Below are positions 41,829-51,368 of a DNA stretch of 64,000 bases, piece after piece. How positions within the stretch are numbered: position 1 is the stretch's first letter; each line of letters opens with the position of its first letter. The translations under genes were made by a program, and so were the position numbers. Source of the stretch: Thainema sp. (GTDB lineage Bacteria > Cyanobacteriota > Cyanobacteriia > Phormidesmidales > Phormidesmidaceae); contig JBQLZK010000005.1 in the NCBI GenBank assembly GCA_052168235.1, positions 64,001 through 128,000 of the forward strand, in the 5' to 3' direction. The notes beneath the pieces are model-generated. The model was not told where the DNA came from and did not search any database. It saw only the letters and a program-made list of their open reading frames with translations.

Positions 41829-43079
41829 CTAACACCAAGTAGTAACTGGCGGTGTTGTCTCCACTAACCGCTTCCCCTTAGAAATCACGTGAGTGACCGT
41901 AGCGCGACGGCGAATTGCTTCATAGGGACTTTCAGCATTCAGCACGATCAGGTTCGCAGGCTTACCCACTTCAATGCCGTACTGATCTTCGATTTTGAGC
42001 GTTTTGGCTCCGTTCGTCGTCACCATGTTGAAACACGCTTCAATCTCAGGCATACCCGTCATTTGCGACACATGCACCGCCATTGCCGCTACGTCGATCA
42101 TGTTGCCCGTCCCTAAGCTGTACCAGGGATCTTGGATATCGTCGTGGCCAAGACTGACGTTGAGGCCACGCTGCCATAGTTCCTTCACTCGCGTCACGCC
42201 CCGTCGTTTCGGGTAGGTATCCATCCGTCCCTGGAGCGTAATATTCACCAGCGGATTGGAAATAAAGTTCATCTGCGATCGCACTAAGTTGCTCATCAGC
42301 TTGAAGGCATAGGCATTGTTGTAGGAACCAAACGCGGTTGTATGACTGGCCGTGACCCGCGACCCCATGCCGGAGCGAATTGTACAGGCCGCCATCACTT
42401 CCACAAAGCGGGACTGCTCATCGTCAATTTCGTCGCAGTGGACATCAATTAGCTTGTCGTATTTCTCGGCTAGTTGGAAAATACGTTGAATTGAGTTAAC
42501 ACCATCTTCGCGGGTCAGCTCATAGTGAGGAATTCCGCCGACGACATCCGCGCCCAACTTCAGGGCTTCTTCGATTAGCTCATCATTGCGCGGACTGCCA
42601 TAAATGCCGTCTTGGGGAAACGCCACCACTTGCAGCGTCATCCAGTCTTTGACCTCTTCTCGCACTTCCAGCAGCGCTTTCAGTGCCGTTAAAGTTTGCT
42701 CACTTACATCGGCATGACTGCGGACAAAGAGCACACCCTGCTGAGCCTGAAGCTTTAAAGTTGCGATCACACGTTGCTTCACGTCCTCCAGCGACAGCTC
42801 CTGCTTACGCTCTCGCCAGATTTCAATGCCCTCGAATAGAGTCCCGCTTTGATTCCAGCGGGGCTGTCCGGCTGTCAGCGCTGCATCAAGATGGACATGA
42901 GACTCAACAAAGGGTGGACTGACCAGTTGACCATTGATGTCGATGACTTCGGCTGTATCGTCGGGGGAAAGGTGAGGTGCGATCGCGCTGATTTTGCCTT
43001 CTCGAATTTCAATATCTACTAAATCGGGCTGCCCCAAAACACGACAGCCACGTAAGACCAGAGCAGCCGCAGTAGACAT
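41829..43079 (-). CDS. codA: cytosine deaminase
   Basis: HVHLD, NQSGTLFEGI, HCDE, ASH, GHDDI.DPWY. Confidence 0.93.
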   Translation of the reverse strand: MSTAAALVLRGCRVLGQPDLVDIEIREGKISAIAPHLSPDDTAEVIDINGQLVSPPFVESHVHLDAALTAGQPRWNQSGTLFEGIEIWRERKQELSLEDVKQRVIATLKLQAQQGVLFVRSHADVSEQTLTALKALLEVREEVKDWMTLQVVAFPQDGIYGSPRNDELIEEALKLGADVVGGIPHYELTREDGVNSIQRIFQLAEKYDKLIDVHCDEIDDEQSRFVEVMAACTIRSGMGSRVTASHTTAFGSYNNAYAFKLMSNLVRSQMNFISNPLVNITLQGRMDTYPKRRGVTRVKELWQRGLNVSLGHDDIQDPWYSLGTGNMIDVAAMAVHVSQMTGMPEIEACFNMVTTNGAKTLKIEDQYGIEVGKPANLIVLNAESPYEAIRRRATVTHVISKGKRLVETTPPVTTWC

Positions 43080-43149
43080 AGCTGAACACCTCGCAAAACG
43101 ATGCCCTGACTATAGCAAGAGTCGCTATGAAAAAATGTAAGTTCAGATC

Positions 43150-43220
43150 ATATCCAAGCCTGTGTATAAGCATCCATTTTTGTGAAATGCCTGCTTCGCA
43201 GGCATTTCACAAAAACAAAC
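43150..43220 (+). repeat. structured dispersed repeat, copy A
   Basis: atatc..gtgtat.ag...tttttgtgaaa-tgcctgc-ttc-gcaggca-tttcacaaaaacaaa. Confidence 0.65.
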
Positions 43221-43251
43221 TAGTGTTTTCGACCCACCTGAACCATAAGTT

Positions 43252-44727
43252 TTATTCGGGAACCCAGACCGAAACTGAACCAGCCGCACAGCAAAAATCA
43301 GCCCATCCTTCATCATTCGTTGTGACTGGTTCGCTGATGTGTTCTGTGATGTCGATATAGGTGCAGTTCGGCTGACCTACTTCCATCCACTTGGTTCCCG
43401 CATCGCCGTTGCTGAGCACAACCGCCATGCCGCTGGGATGTTCTTCATCACCTAACCGCGTCCAGCCAATCGTATTGGCATGGTCAAAATAGTCATACTG
43501 ATCGCCATAGGCGTAGGTTTGACGAGCATGAAGGAATTTATCAATCAGCCACTGATGGCTGTCAAGCCAGATTTCGTACTCATTGCCGTCGCGTCCGGTA
43601 TCGGTGTAGTGAGCACCATAGTAATCAGCATAGAAAATACAGGGGTAGCCCTCGCGCCGTAGCAGAATGAGTGCATAGGCTAGGGGTTTGAACCAGCCCT
43701 CGACCACCGACTCTAGCGCCTGCAATGGTTGAGAATCGTGATTATCAACCAGCGTAACGGCTAAGGCGGGCTGATGCTGCACCAGGGTGCCATCGAAAAT
43801 TTGCCGCATGTCATAGTTGTTGCCCTGGGTGCTAGCAACCCTGAAGTTGTAGTGCAGCGGCGCATCAAACAGCATCACATCGCCACCTGTCAGCCCGATA
43901 AAGTGGTGCAAAGCCTCAACATCGTAAGACCAATATTCACCCACCGCAAAGAGGGGTCGGCCTGCTTGTTTGCGACAGTGGACTAACCACTGGGGAAAGA
44001 AACCCGCTTTGACATGCTTGACGGCATCAAACCGAAATCCGTCTACATCGGTTGTATCGACGTACCAGGCTCCCCACTGCTTTAGCTCATCCTGAACGTC
44101 AGGATCCTCCATGTCGAGATCGCAACCCATCAAATAGTCAAACGCGCCTTTTTCCAGGTCAACATTGTCATCAAATTTCTTGCCTTTAAACAGGTAAATC
44201 GCGTCTTGGCCTTCGTCATAGGCGTTGTAATCCACGGCATCGAAATGCCACCAGTGCCACTCAAAGTCGGAATATTTGCCCTCGCGACCGGGAAAGGTAA
44301 AGTGCGTCCAAACTTTAACGGTTTGCATCTCGCCAATGGGCTGATGGCGATCGTCAGGATTAAAGGGAGTCGCTTCTACCTCTTCCGCCTCATCTGCTCC
44401 TAGTTTGTGGTTGAACACGACATCGGCGTAGACACGCATACCAGAAGTTTTGGCAGCCTTGATCGCAGCGAGATATTCATCTTTGGTGCCGTACTTTGTT
44501 CGGACGGAGCCTTTTTGATCAAACTCGCCCAAATCATACAGATCGTAGACTCCGTAGCCAACATCGTATCCACCTGCTGTGCCTTTATAAGCAGGCGGTA
44601 ACCAAACCGACGTGACTCCAGCATCAGCTAATTCTTGAACTCTATCTGCGAACTCATTCCAAAGACTGCCATCGGGTGGAATGTACCAATGGAAGTACTG
44701 CATCATCACGCCATTCAATTGAGCCAT
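43252..44727 (-). CDS. amyA: alpha-amylase (GH13, cytoplasmic AmyA type)
   Basis: MMQYFHWY, DVVFNH, GFRFDAVKH, GEYW, VDNHD; ATG at 44727. Confidence 0.93.
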   Translation of the reverse strand: MAQLNGVMMQYFHWYIPPDGSLWNEFADRVQELADAGVTSVWLPPAYKGTAGGYDVGYGVYDLYDLGEFDQKGSVRTKYGTKDEYLAAIKAAKTSGMRVYADVVFNHKLGADEAEEVEATPFNPDDRHQPIGEMQTVKVWTHFTFPGREGKYSDFEWHWWHFDAVDYNAYDEGQDAIYLFKGKKFDDNVDLEKGAFDYLMGCDLDMEDPDVQDELKQWGAWYVDTTDVDGFRFDAVKHVKAGFFPQWLVHCRKQAGRPLFAVGEYWSYDVEALHHFIGLTGGDVMLFDAPLHYNFRVASTQGNNYDMRQIFDGTLVQHQPALAVTLVDNHDSQPLQALESVVEGWFKPLAYALILLRREGYPCIFYADYYGAHYTDTGRDGNEYEIWLDSHQWLIDKFLHARQTYAYGDQYDYFDHANTIGWTRLGDEEHPSGMAVVLSNGDAGTKWMEVGQPNCTYIDITEHISEPVTTNDEGWADFCCAAGSVSVWVPE

Positions 44728-44821
44728 GTACAGCCTCGACTTTTTAGAGAGGAAAAAGAAAACGAGATGAAAAAAGACGCGAAAACGTGTAATCAGATGA
44801 AATCCAGTTAGAAACCTATTA

Positions 44822-44895
44822 TTTGTTTTTGTGAAACGCTTGCTAAGCAAGCGTTTCACAAAAACAAACAGGGTTCTCATACACGGATTTGATAT
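44822..44895 (-). repeat. structured dispersed repeat, copy B (inverted relative to A)
   Basis: tttgtttttgtgaaa-cgcttgc-taa-gcaagcg-tttcacaaaaacaaa plus flank homologous to copy A. Confidence 0.65.
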
Positions 44896-45189
44896 CAGAT
44901 GACTATACTCTGAGAAAATCTTTTCCGTCTCTCTATCGGCGGGCAGAGCTAATACTATTTCTTGATGGTGCTACAGATCAGATCAGCGTTGGGTGCGTCG
45001 GAGCCAGGGAGCGAAGGAGCTTTCATTTGTAGCCACAACTGCGAAAATCGCTATATGAGTCATACAAACAGCAAAAGCTCCCATCGATACTGGAACAACG
45101 ATGGAAGCTTTCTTAGAAATTATGAACGGGTTAGAAATTTAGGAATAATAGATTGCGATCGCAACCCACCAACCCATAAACTTAGCGAC

Positions 45190-46374
45190 CTAACGGTCAA
45201 CCGATCCCATAATCACGTCGATGCTGCCCAAGATAGCCATAATGTCGGCTACCTTCACACCCTTGAGCAGGGTTGGCAGAATTTGCAGGTTGTTGAAATC
45301 GGGTGGACGGATCTTCCAGCGCCAGGGGAAGACATTATCGTCACCAATGATGTAGATACCGAGTTCACCCTTACCCGTTTCCATACGGACATAGTGCTCA
45401 CCCGCCGGAATTTTGAACGTCGGCGCAATTTTCTTACCAATGAACTGGTAATCAAACTCGTTCCATTCCGACTTGGGCCCAGACGCCATCCGCTTGGCTT
45501 CTAGGTTCTCAAACGGACCACCCGGAATCATGTCGCAAGCTTGGCGAATGATTTTGACCGACTCGCGCATTTCGCGGATTCGCACGGCATAGCGAGCAAA
45601 GCAGTCGCCAGCGGTTTCCCACTGCACTTCCCAATCAAAGTCGTCGTAGCACTCGTAGTGATCGACCTTACGCAGATCCCACTTCACGCCCGAACCGCGC
45701 AGCATCGGGCCAGATAGTCCCCAGTTAATCGCATCTTCGCGGGTAATGGTGCCAATCCCTTCAACTCGGCGACGGAAGATGGGGTTGTCAGTAATCAGCC
45801 GCTCATACTCGTCCACCTTCGGCAAGAAGTAATCGCAAAAATCGCGACACTTATCCAGCCAGCCGTAGGGCAAATCGGCAGCAACGCCACCAATCCGGAA
45901 ATAGTTGTTATTAATCAGACGCTGACCTGTTGCAGCTTCCCACAGGTCATAGATCATCTCCCGTTCGCGGAAGATATAGAAGAACGGCGTTTGAGCGCCA
46001 ACGTCCGCCAAGAAGGGGCCAAGCCACAGCAGGTGATTGGCAATCCGGTTTAACTCCAGCATAATCACTCGGATATAGCTGGCTCGTTTCGGCACTTCAA
46101 TGTCGGCCAGTTGCTCCGGCGCATTCACCGTGATGGCTTCGTTAAACATGCCCGCTGCGTAGTCCCACCGACTGACGTAGGGGACAAACATGACGTTGGT
46201 GCGGTTCTCGGCAATTTTCTCCATACCGCGATGGAGATAACCAATTACGGGTTCACAGTCAACCACATCTTCTCCATCCAGGGTGACGATTAGTCGTAAA
46301 ACCCCGTGCATGGAGGGATGGTGAGGCCCCATGTTGAGAACCATGGGTTCGGTTCGAGTCTCAATCCTAGGCAT
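45190..46374 (-). CDS. ndhH: NAD(P)H-quinone oxidoreductase subunit H
   Basis: [25 protein letters not shown]-terminal DVIMGSVDR. Confidence 0.98.
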   Translation of the reverse strand: MPRIETRTEPMVLNMGPHHPSMHGVLRLIVTLDGEDVVDCEPVIGYLHRGMEKIAENRTNVMFVPYVSRWDYAAGMFNEAITVNAPEQLADIEVPKRASYIRVIMLELNRIANHLLWLGPFLADVGAQTPFFYIFREREMIYDLWEAATGQRLINNNYFRIGGVAADLPYGWLDKCRDFCDYFLPKVDEYERLITDNPIFRRRVEGIGTITREDAINWGLSGPMLRGSGVKWDLRKVDHYECYDDFDWEVQWETAGDCFARYAVRIREMRESVKIIRQACDMIPGGPFENLEAKRMASGPKSEWNEFDYQFIGKKIAPTFKIPAGEHYVRMETGKGELGIYIIGDDNVFPWRWKIRPPDFNNLQILPTLLKGVKVADIMAILGSIDVIMGSVDR

Positions 46375-46702
46375 AGGTGTTGTTGTGTATCGGCTAGGAA
46401 ACGAATGAAATAGAGTTCAGTCCTAGATTAAAGTAGCTCAATCCGAGCCGCTGGTCTAATAAATACCGAATTCGCCAGAAAACCGAGATTGGTTTGATCA
46501 TCAGAACTCGTATTGACACGTGAACTCTCAATTCGTATAGATTTGTTGCACTCTTTCTACTATAGGAGATCTCGGTCAAACCGTGCCGTCATCCAGTCAG
46601 CCGTCTAGCGATTTTGGCCATAGTTAATCGGATTGAAACGATGCAGAATTCTTATGGTTTGAGCAAATGATTTGAGCAAATTCGTGGAACTGGTGTTACT
46701 TA

Positions 46703-46801
46703 GGAAGGCGGATTTAATAAGGTGAAATCTTTGAGGTAGGGACACGGCAGTGCCGTGTCCCTACGGATGAAACGGTTTACAGGCTATTTAATCCACAATC
46801 C
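46703..46801. mobile_element. 99-bp MITE-like element, copy 1
   Basis: 3 mismatches to the copy at 50413; imperfect TIR GGAAGGCGGATT / AATCCACAATCC; TTA on both sides; central GTAGGGACACGGCA hairpin. Confidence 0.8.
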
Positions 46802-47592
46802 TTAGCTGACTGCTGACCAAACTGCTGTTCCCAGCGATCGTGATTTTCGCGAGCCACCTGCACAACGGGCGACGCGGAAACGAGCTTGAAGGCCAGCTCA
46901 TTGATCCAAGACAGCGGAGGACGCAGCGGACGGGCAATATCCAGGAACAGAACCGCTCGGTAGCCGTTTGTCTCGTTCCAGACCTCGTGGTAGAAGGTGT
47001 CGTCAAAAATCAGGCTTTTGCCTTCTTCCCAGTGAGTAATTTGTCCGTTGACGCGGATACGGCATTTATCTTGGGGTTCCGGTACGCGCAAACCTAGGTG
47101 ATAGCGCACCAGTCCTTTATGTTTGCCTCGGTGTTCGGGAATATGCTTACCGGGAGCCAGGATGGAGAAGAACGCCACCTTTAGTCCGGGAATGTCCTTA
47201 ATTAACTCCCAGGTTTGGGGACAGCGATCGCAGTTTCCCTTGGCCACATAATCGAAGGCGCAGAAGAAGTAGGTTTTCCAGAGGTTATCACCCGCGATTC
47301 GATTTTGCCGGGGCGAGATGTCCTGAAAGTTGGGTAGCGCATCGGCATATTCCAACACCTGATCCAGTTCTTGGCGGATCACCTGCCAGTTGTCTTCCAG
47401 AGACTGCGCCCAGGGAAATTGTTCGGTCTCAAAAAAAACGCGATCGCCCACTTTTGAGAACGAGCAGACAAATCGCTCAAACTGGCGATATAGCGCATGG
47501 TCAAAGACCGGATGCAAAGGGGTTTGGGGATCGAGCGGGGCGATGGGTATCGCTGCCTGGGGTTCAATTTGATTAACAGTTAGGCGGGTCAT
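46777..47592 (-). CDS. aspartyl/asparaginyl beta-hydroxylase family (LpxO-like) Fe/2OG dioxygenase
   Basis: LEDNWQVIRQEL, FSILAPGKHIPEHRG, RYHLGL, FDDTFYHEVWN, R.VLFLD. Confidence 0.9.
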   Translation of the reverse strand: MTRLTVNQIEPQAAIPIAPLDPQTPLHPVFDHALYRQFERFVCSFSKVGDRVFFETEQFPWAQSLEDNWQVIRQELDQVLEYADALPNFQDISPRQNRIAGDNLWKTYFFCAFDYVAKGNCDRCPQTWELIKDIPGLKVAFFSILAPGKHIPEHRGKHKGLVRYHLGLRVPEPQDKCRIRVNGQITHWEEGKSLIFDDTFYHEVWNETNGYRAVLFLDIARPLRPPLSWINELAFKLVSASPVVQVARENHDRWEQQFGQQSAKDCGLNSL

Positions 47593-47619
47593 AGATTCGG
47601 AGAAATGCCAGATCTCGAA

Positions 47620-49326
47620 TTAAAGCAAAATGGGAGTCGGTTGAGCAAATCGAGGTAACGTCACCGTCTGTTCAACCACAAAGTCCGCCAGCAGGTTGCG
47701 ATCGCAACTAATGTGCGGAAACTTGAGCTGCGAGTTTTCCACTCCCGGTCGCAGCGGACGCTGACGCAAAATGTCAAAACTGCCCGCTGCCAGAATATTC
47801 AACTGCGGTGCCGGAATATCGTTATTTAGACGCTTCACCTCATAGGAATGGTTGTGCTGACACATCAGCTGGTCAAACATCGCCAGAAACCGCTCCGAAT
47901 GAGTCAGTATTTCACCCTCGGCTAATTCGATATTGAGGATATAGTGCGATCGCAGAATGTCCTCTGACAGCGTCACACAAAAATCTTCCAGTTGGATATC
48001 AAATTCCTGCTGGAGTAGCTTCAAAACCTGAATCACCTGATACTCAGAGGTTTTCTCGGTTGTGGCAGACAGGACACCGCCCTGCCGATAGCGAAACACA
48101 ATCAAAGGGGTTTGGTTATAGAACCCTTCAACTTGCACGACATCGCCAATATCGTAGCGATAGAAGCCCGCATAGTTTGTGATCAAAATCCGGTAGCGCT
48201 CTCCTACTTGTAATTCGTGTGGCAACAGCGTTTGGGGCTGATCTATGTCCCACTGATCTTCGGGAATGAACTCAAAAAAGTTGCTGCTGAGCGCTAAAAC
48301 CGTGCCATCGGTATTGAAATTGTGGTGAACGCCATAGGTCGATTCTGATGACGCATACGTACCACCGAAAATCGGCGTCTCGCCAAAGTACTCAGGGAAG
48401 CGCTCAAAATAAAAATCAGACGTGCCGCCACGGGCCGTGATGATACAAGATAGATCCGGCCAAGCAAACTGGGGAGTTAGCCGTCCTTCTCGATTCAGCA
48501 CTTGAGCCAGTTCTTTGGCCCGTTGGGGTGCTGCCCTGAACTGCCGCTGAAGTTGCGATCGCTCTTGAGGCGTCAGCGCAATATGACGTGAAATTTGACC
48601 ACTAGCTAGATCCTCTATCAGCCAATCCCCCTGACGCTCTAACTCATCACACAGTTGAAGCGCAATAAGCGGAAATGTAGCCGCAAATACACGCAGATGG
48701 GCATTCCGCAGCGCAAACAACAGCGACGTATAGTTACGCGCCTGAGTATCCTTGACCAGCATGGTCTCAAACGGCTGGGCAAAAATCTGACGGTATAGAC
48801 CATTGGCAAGCTGCACCGAGCCACCGCTGATATGACCGTAGTCAATACCACCGCTAGTCTTGCCAACTTTGCGCGCTGATCCCGTCAACAACGTCTTACC
48901 TAAGGGCAAATCCCGGCGCTGAGCCGCTTCAAACAGATAGCCCATAGCGCTTTGATTCGCTCGTCCAATAAATCGCTTTGAGCGTTTCGTTACCGGAATC
49001 ATCTTTTGGCTACCCGTTGAACCACTCGTCATATTGATATAAATCAGCGGATCAGGAGTGACGACGTTTTGCTCACCAGCCGCAGCCCGTTCCAGGTAAG
49101 GCTCATAGACACCGTAGGGCAAAATTGGTACTCGCTGACGAAATTCTGCCACCGTCGTAATACGATCCACGCCAAACGTTTGCCCCAGTTCGGTTCCTGA
49201 CTGAATCTTGAGTAAAGACTGTAAAAATTGTGCTTGAGCCTCAATCGATCGATACGTTTGCCGCTCTAGGTTAGCCTTGGCCCGTTTAGCCGCTAACCCA
49301 ATTAGCGAAAAGATTGGATTTTCCAT
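47620..49326 (-). CDS. GH3 family acyl-acid amido synthetase
   Basis: TSGSTG P-loop, YASSE, FFEFIP, YRYDIGD, EKTSE motifs; ATG at 49326. Confidence 0.9.
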   Translation of the reverse strand: MENPIFSLIGLAAKRAKANLERQTYRSIEAQAQFLQSLLKIQSGTELGQTFGVDRITTVAEFRQRVPILPYGVYEPYLERAAAGEQNVVTPDPLIYINMTSGSTGSQKMIPVTKRSKRFIGRANQSAMGYLFEAAQRRDLPLGKTLLTGSARKVGKTSGGIDYGHISGGSVQLANGLYRQIFAQPFETMLVKDTQARNYTSLLFALRNAHLRVFAATFPLIALQLCDELERQGDWLIEDLASGQISRHIALTPQERSQLQRQFRAAPQRAKELAQVLNREGRLTPQFAWPDLSCIITARGGTSDFYFERFPEYFGETPIFGGTYASSESTYGVHHNFNTDGTVLALSSNFFEFIPEDQWDIDQPQTLLPHELQVGERYRILITNYAGFYRYDIGDVVQVEGFYNQTPLIVFRYRQGGVLSATTEKTSEYQVIQVLKLLQQEFDIQLEDFCVTLSEDILRSHYILNIELAEGEILTHSERFLAMFDQLMCQHNHSYEVKRLNNDIPAPQLNILAAGSFDILRQRPLRPGVENSQLKFPHISCDRNLLADFVVEQTVTLPRFAQPTPILL

Positions 49327-49378
49327 GCGAATCAAGTCCTCACACCACCTCAAACGATGCACTTGCTACTGATTGAAC

Positions 49379-49420
49379 TGGATTTACAGAAATACATCAA
49401 TTTTTGTATCTTGTAATCCA
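49379..49420. promoter_or_regulatory. imperfect palindrome upstream of the GH3 gene, putative operator
   Basis: tggatttacagaaataca-tcaatttt-tgtatcttgtaatcca. Confidence 0.4.
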
Positions 49421-49771
49421 CTAGCCTTATCGATACAGCGCCCAATCATCTGAGCCTGAATGCATCACTCTGATAACCGATCACCGATTCGTCATTCCGG
49501 AAATTGTCACCTTTACACCAACTGGGATTTGGGTTTTAGCGGGAACAATCTCAGCCGAAATAGCCAAGCACCGTACTTGAGCAGAATGGCGATACATTTC
49601 TTAAGCCTAGGGTGGCTTCAGATCAAATGAAACAAAACATGGGCCAGATAGTGAATCGTCTTTCGTTGGCCTGCTCTCTTTATTCGCTGCAATATTCCAC
49701 CAGAACCGTTAGCTAACTCAGCTAATTTGCTCTGTATGATGAAGAAATATTGCAGATACTGCGACAGCGAG

Positions 49772-50263
49772 ATGACAACAATGGCCACAACTCAGATTCA
49801 AGAATTTCTATTTAATGGTGCCAACTGGTTTGCCTTACCCTTTTGGACACTGATGATTTTTCTGCCAAAGTGGCAAGTCACGAGGCGGGTGATGGCTTCC
49901 TATCTGCCATTCGTGGCGCTGGCAAGCGTGTATAGCTATTTCTTCACTACGAGTTTGGATCCACAAACCGCCGAAGCCTTTTCTGATCCTCAGCTTCAGC
50001 TCTCAACTCTAGCTCAACTGTTTTCTCAAGAATCAGTCATGGCAGCCGGTTGGGTACATTACATCGTCATGGATTTGTTTGTCGGGCGCTGGATTTATCA
50101 ACAGGGTCAGGCAACAGGCGTTTGGACAATTCATTCACTGATTCTCTGTTTGTTTGCTGGCCCCTTGGGTTTGCTGTCCCACATTCTGACTCAGTGGATC
50201 ACTCAAACGTTCTTCCCATCCTCTACTCAAGCAGATGCTGAACCTCAAGGAGAAGCAGCATAG
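49772..50263 (+). CDS. ABA4-like (DUF4281) membrane protein
   Basis: LPFWTLMIFLPKW, GWVHY...DLFVGRWI, GPLGLL. Confidence 0.88.
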   Translation: MTTMATTQIQEFLFNGANWFALPFWTLMIFLPKWQVTRRVMASYLPFVALASVYSYFFTTSLDPQTAEAFSDPQLQLSTLAQLFSQESVMAAGWVHYIVMDLFVGRWIYQQGQATGVWTIHSLILCLFAGPLGLLSHILTQWITQTFFPSSTQADAEPQGEAA

Positions 50264-50280
50264 CTAGGCTACTACCAAAG

Positions 50281-50327
50281 CAAAAGGGCAATTTATCACC
50301 ATATCACGATGACAAATTGCCCTTTTG
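50281..50327 (+). terminator. terminator after the ABA4-like gene
   Basis: caaaagggcaattt ... aaattgcccttttg. Confidence 0.7.
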
Positions 50328-50412
50328 AGTTCCAAGCTCTAAATCGCAGGATGATAGAAATGGAGGTGCGGAATATGGCTAATGCTACTGACCGTCTTGC
50401 AATATCCTTTTA

Positions 50413-50511
50413 GGAAGGCGGATTTAATAAGGTGAAATCTTTGAGGTAGGGACACGGCATTGCCGTGTCCCTACAGATGAAACGGTTTACAGGTTATTTA
50501 ATCCACAATCC
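50413..50511. mobile_element. 99-bp MITE-like element, copy 2
   Basis: Near-identical to 46703-46801, same orientation, TTA on both sides. Confidence 0.8.
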
Positions 50512-50548
50512 TTAGACCGTGAGTAGATAAGCCGAATCAACAAGATCA

Positions 50549-50728
50549 TCAACGTAGCGAATCTTGGATAACAGCTTCAGGCGCGAACCGACCACCTGCA
50601 CCACTTGTTCCACCTGGAAATTGATCTGGGGGACTCCCATTCGCTTGCGCAACGTTTGCACTTAAACCAACAGTAAACAAAGCAATTCCAATTCCTGTAG
50701 CCAGTAATCGACAATGACGAACGTACAT
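50549..50728 (-). CDS. small putatively secreted peptide (59 aa)
   Basis: MYVRHCRLLATGIGIALFTVGLSANVAQA signal-like leader then NGSPPDQFPGGTSGAGGRF...; alternative start 50767. Confidence 0.55.
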   Translation of the reverse strand: MYVRHCRLLATGIGIALFTVGLSANVAQANGSPPDQFPGGTSGAGGRFAPEAVIQDSLR

Positions 50729-51368
50729 TTTTCCAAACCCGGTAGATGACCACTGAATCCTGAACATTGATCTCGACGAAATTCTCCGTGAACAAGTGGA
50801 ACTTATTCAGCACCATGACTCTTCTAAACAAGAGTATTCAGGGAGACATTTTCATCGAGTCATACAAAGTAGATGATGAAATGAGTCAGCATGTACTATT
50901 GAGTCTGTTTGGATAGGGCCCTATTCTTATTTAGACGCAATGCATCTGCTCCACATTTACAACTTAATAGTTGAAACTTATGGTAGTCAGCCGTGGCATC
51001 ACCTAAACGAAATTAAAGCCTCGGCAAACTTTCTGTAAACTCGGCTGAGGTAAGTTGGACCCCAAGCAAGTTCAGCTCAAACACAATACATATGGCATAT
51101 TACGTCCTGGGACAGAATGCCAAAATGATTTTGGGTGATTGATTTTATGATTAACCTTCGGCTAATCTTGGGCAGTTAAACTTTTGCGATCGCAAAAATC
51201 CAACTCCACAACTAACCTTAAAAATCGACCACACCAATCAATTGCAACAATCATTCTGGGATTTTACTGAATCAAATTCCGTATATAAAAGCAATCTCAG
51301 ACGACTGATAGTGCGACATTGTGAAGCTGAAATATCGTGAATGTGATGTTGTGAATATCATATTGTGA

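Noticed and set aside
47620..50263. Plant-hormone cluster (GH3 plus ABA4)
   Set aside because: The genes are divergent and ABA4-like genes are widespread in cyanobacteria; the link rests only on family names
46703..50511. Composite transposon carrying hydroxylase-GH3-ABA4
   Set aside because: Each MITE has its own TTA duplication, indicating independent insertions; no transposase present
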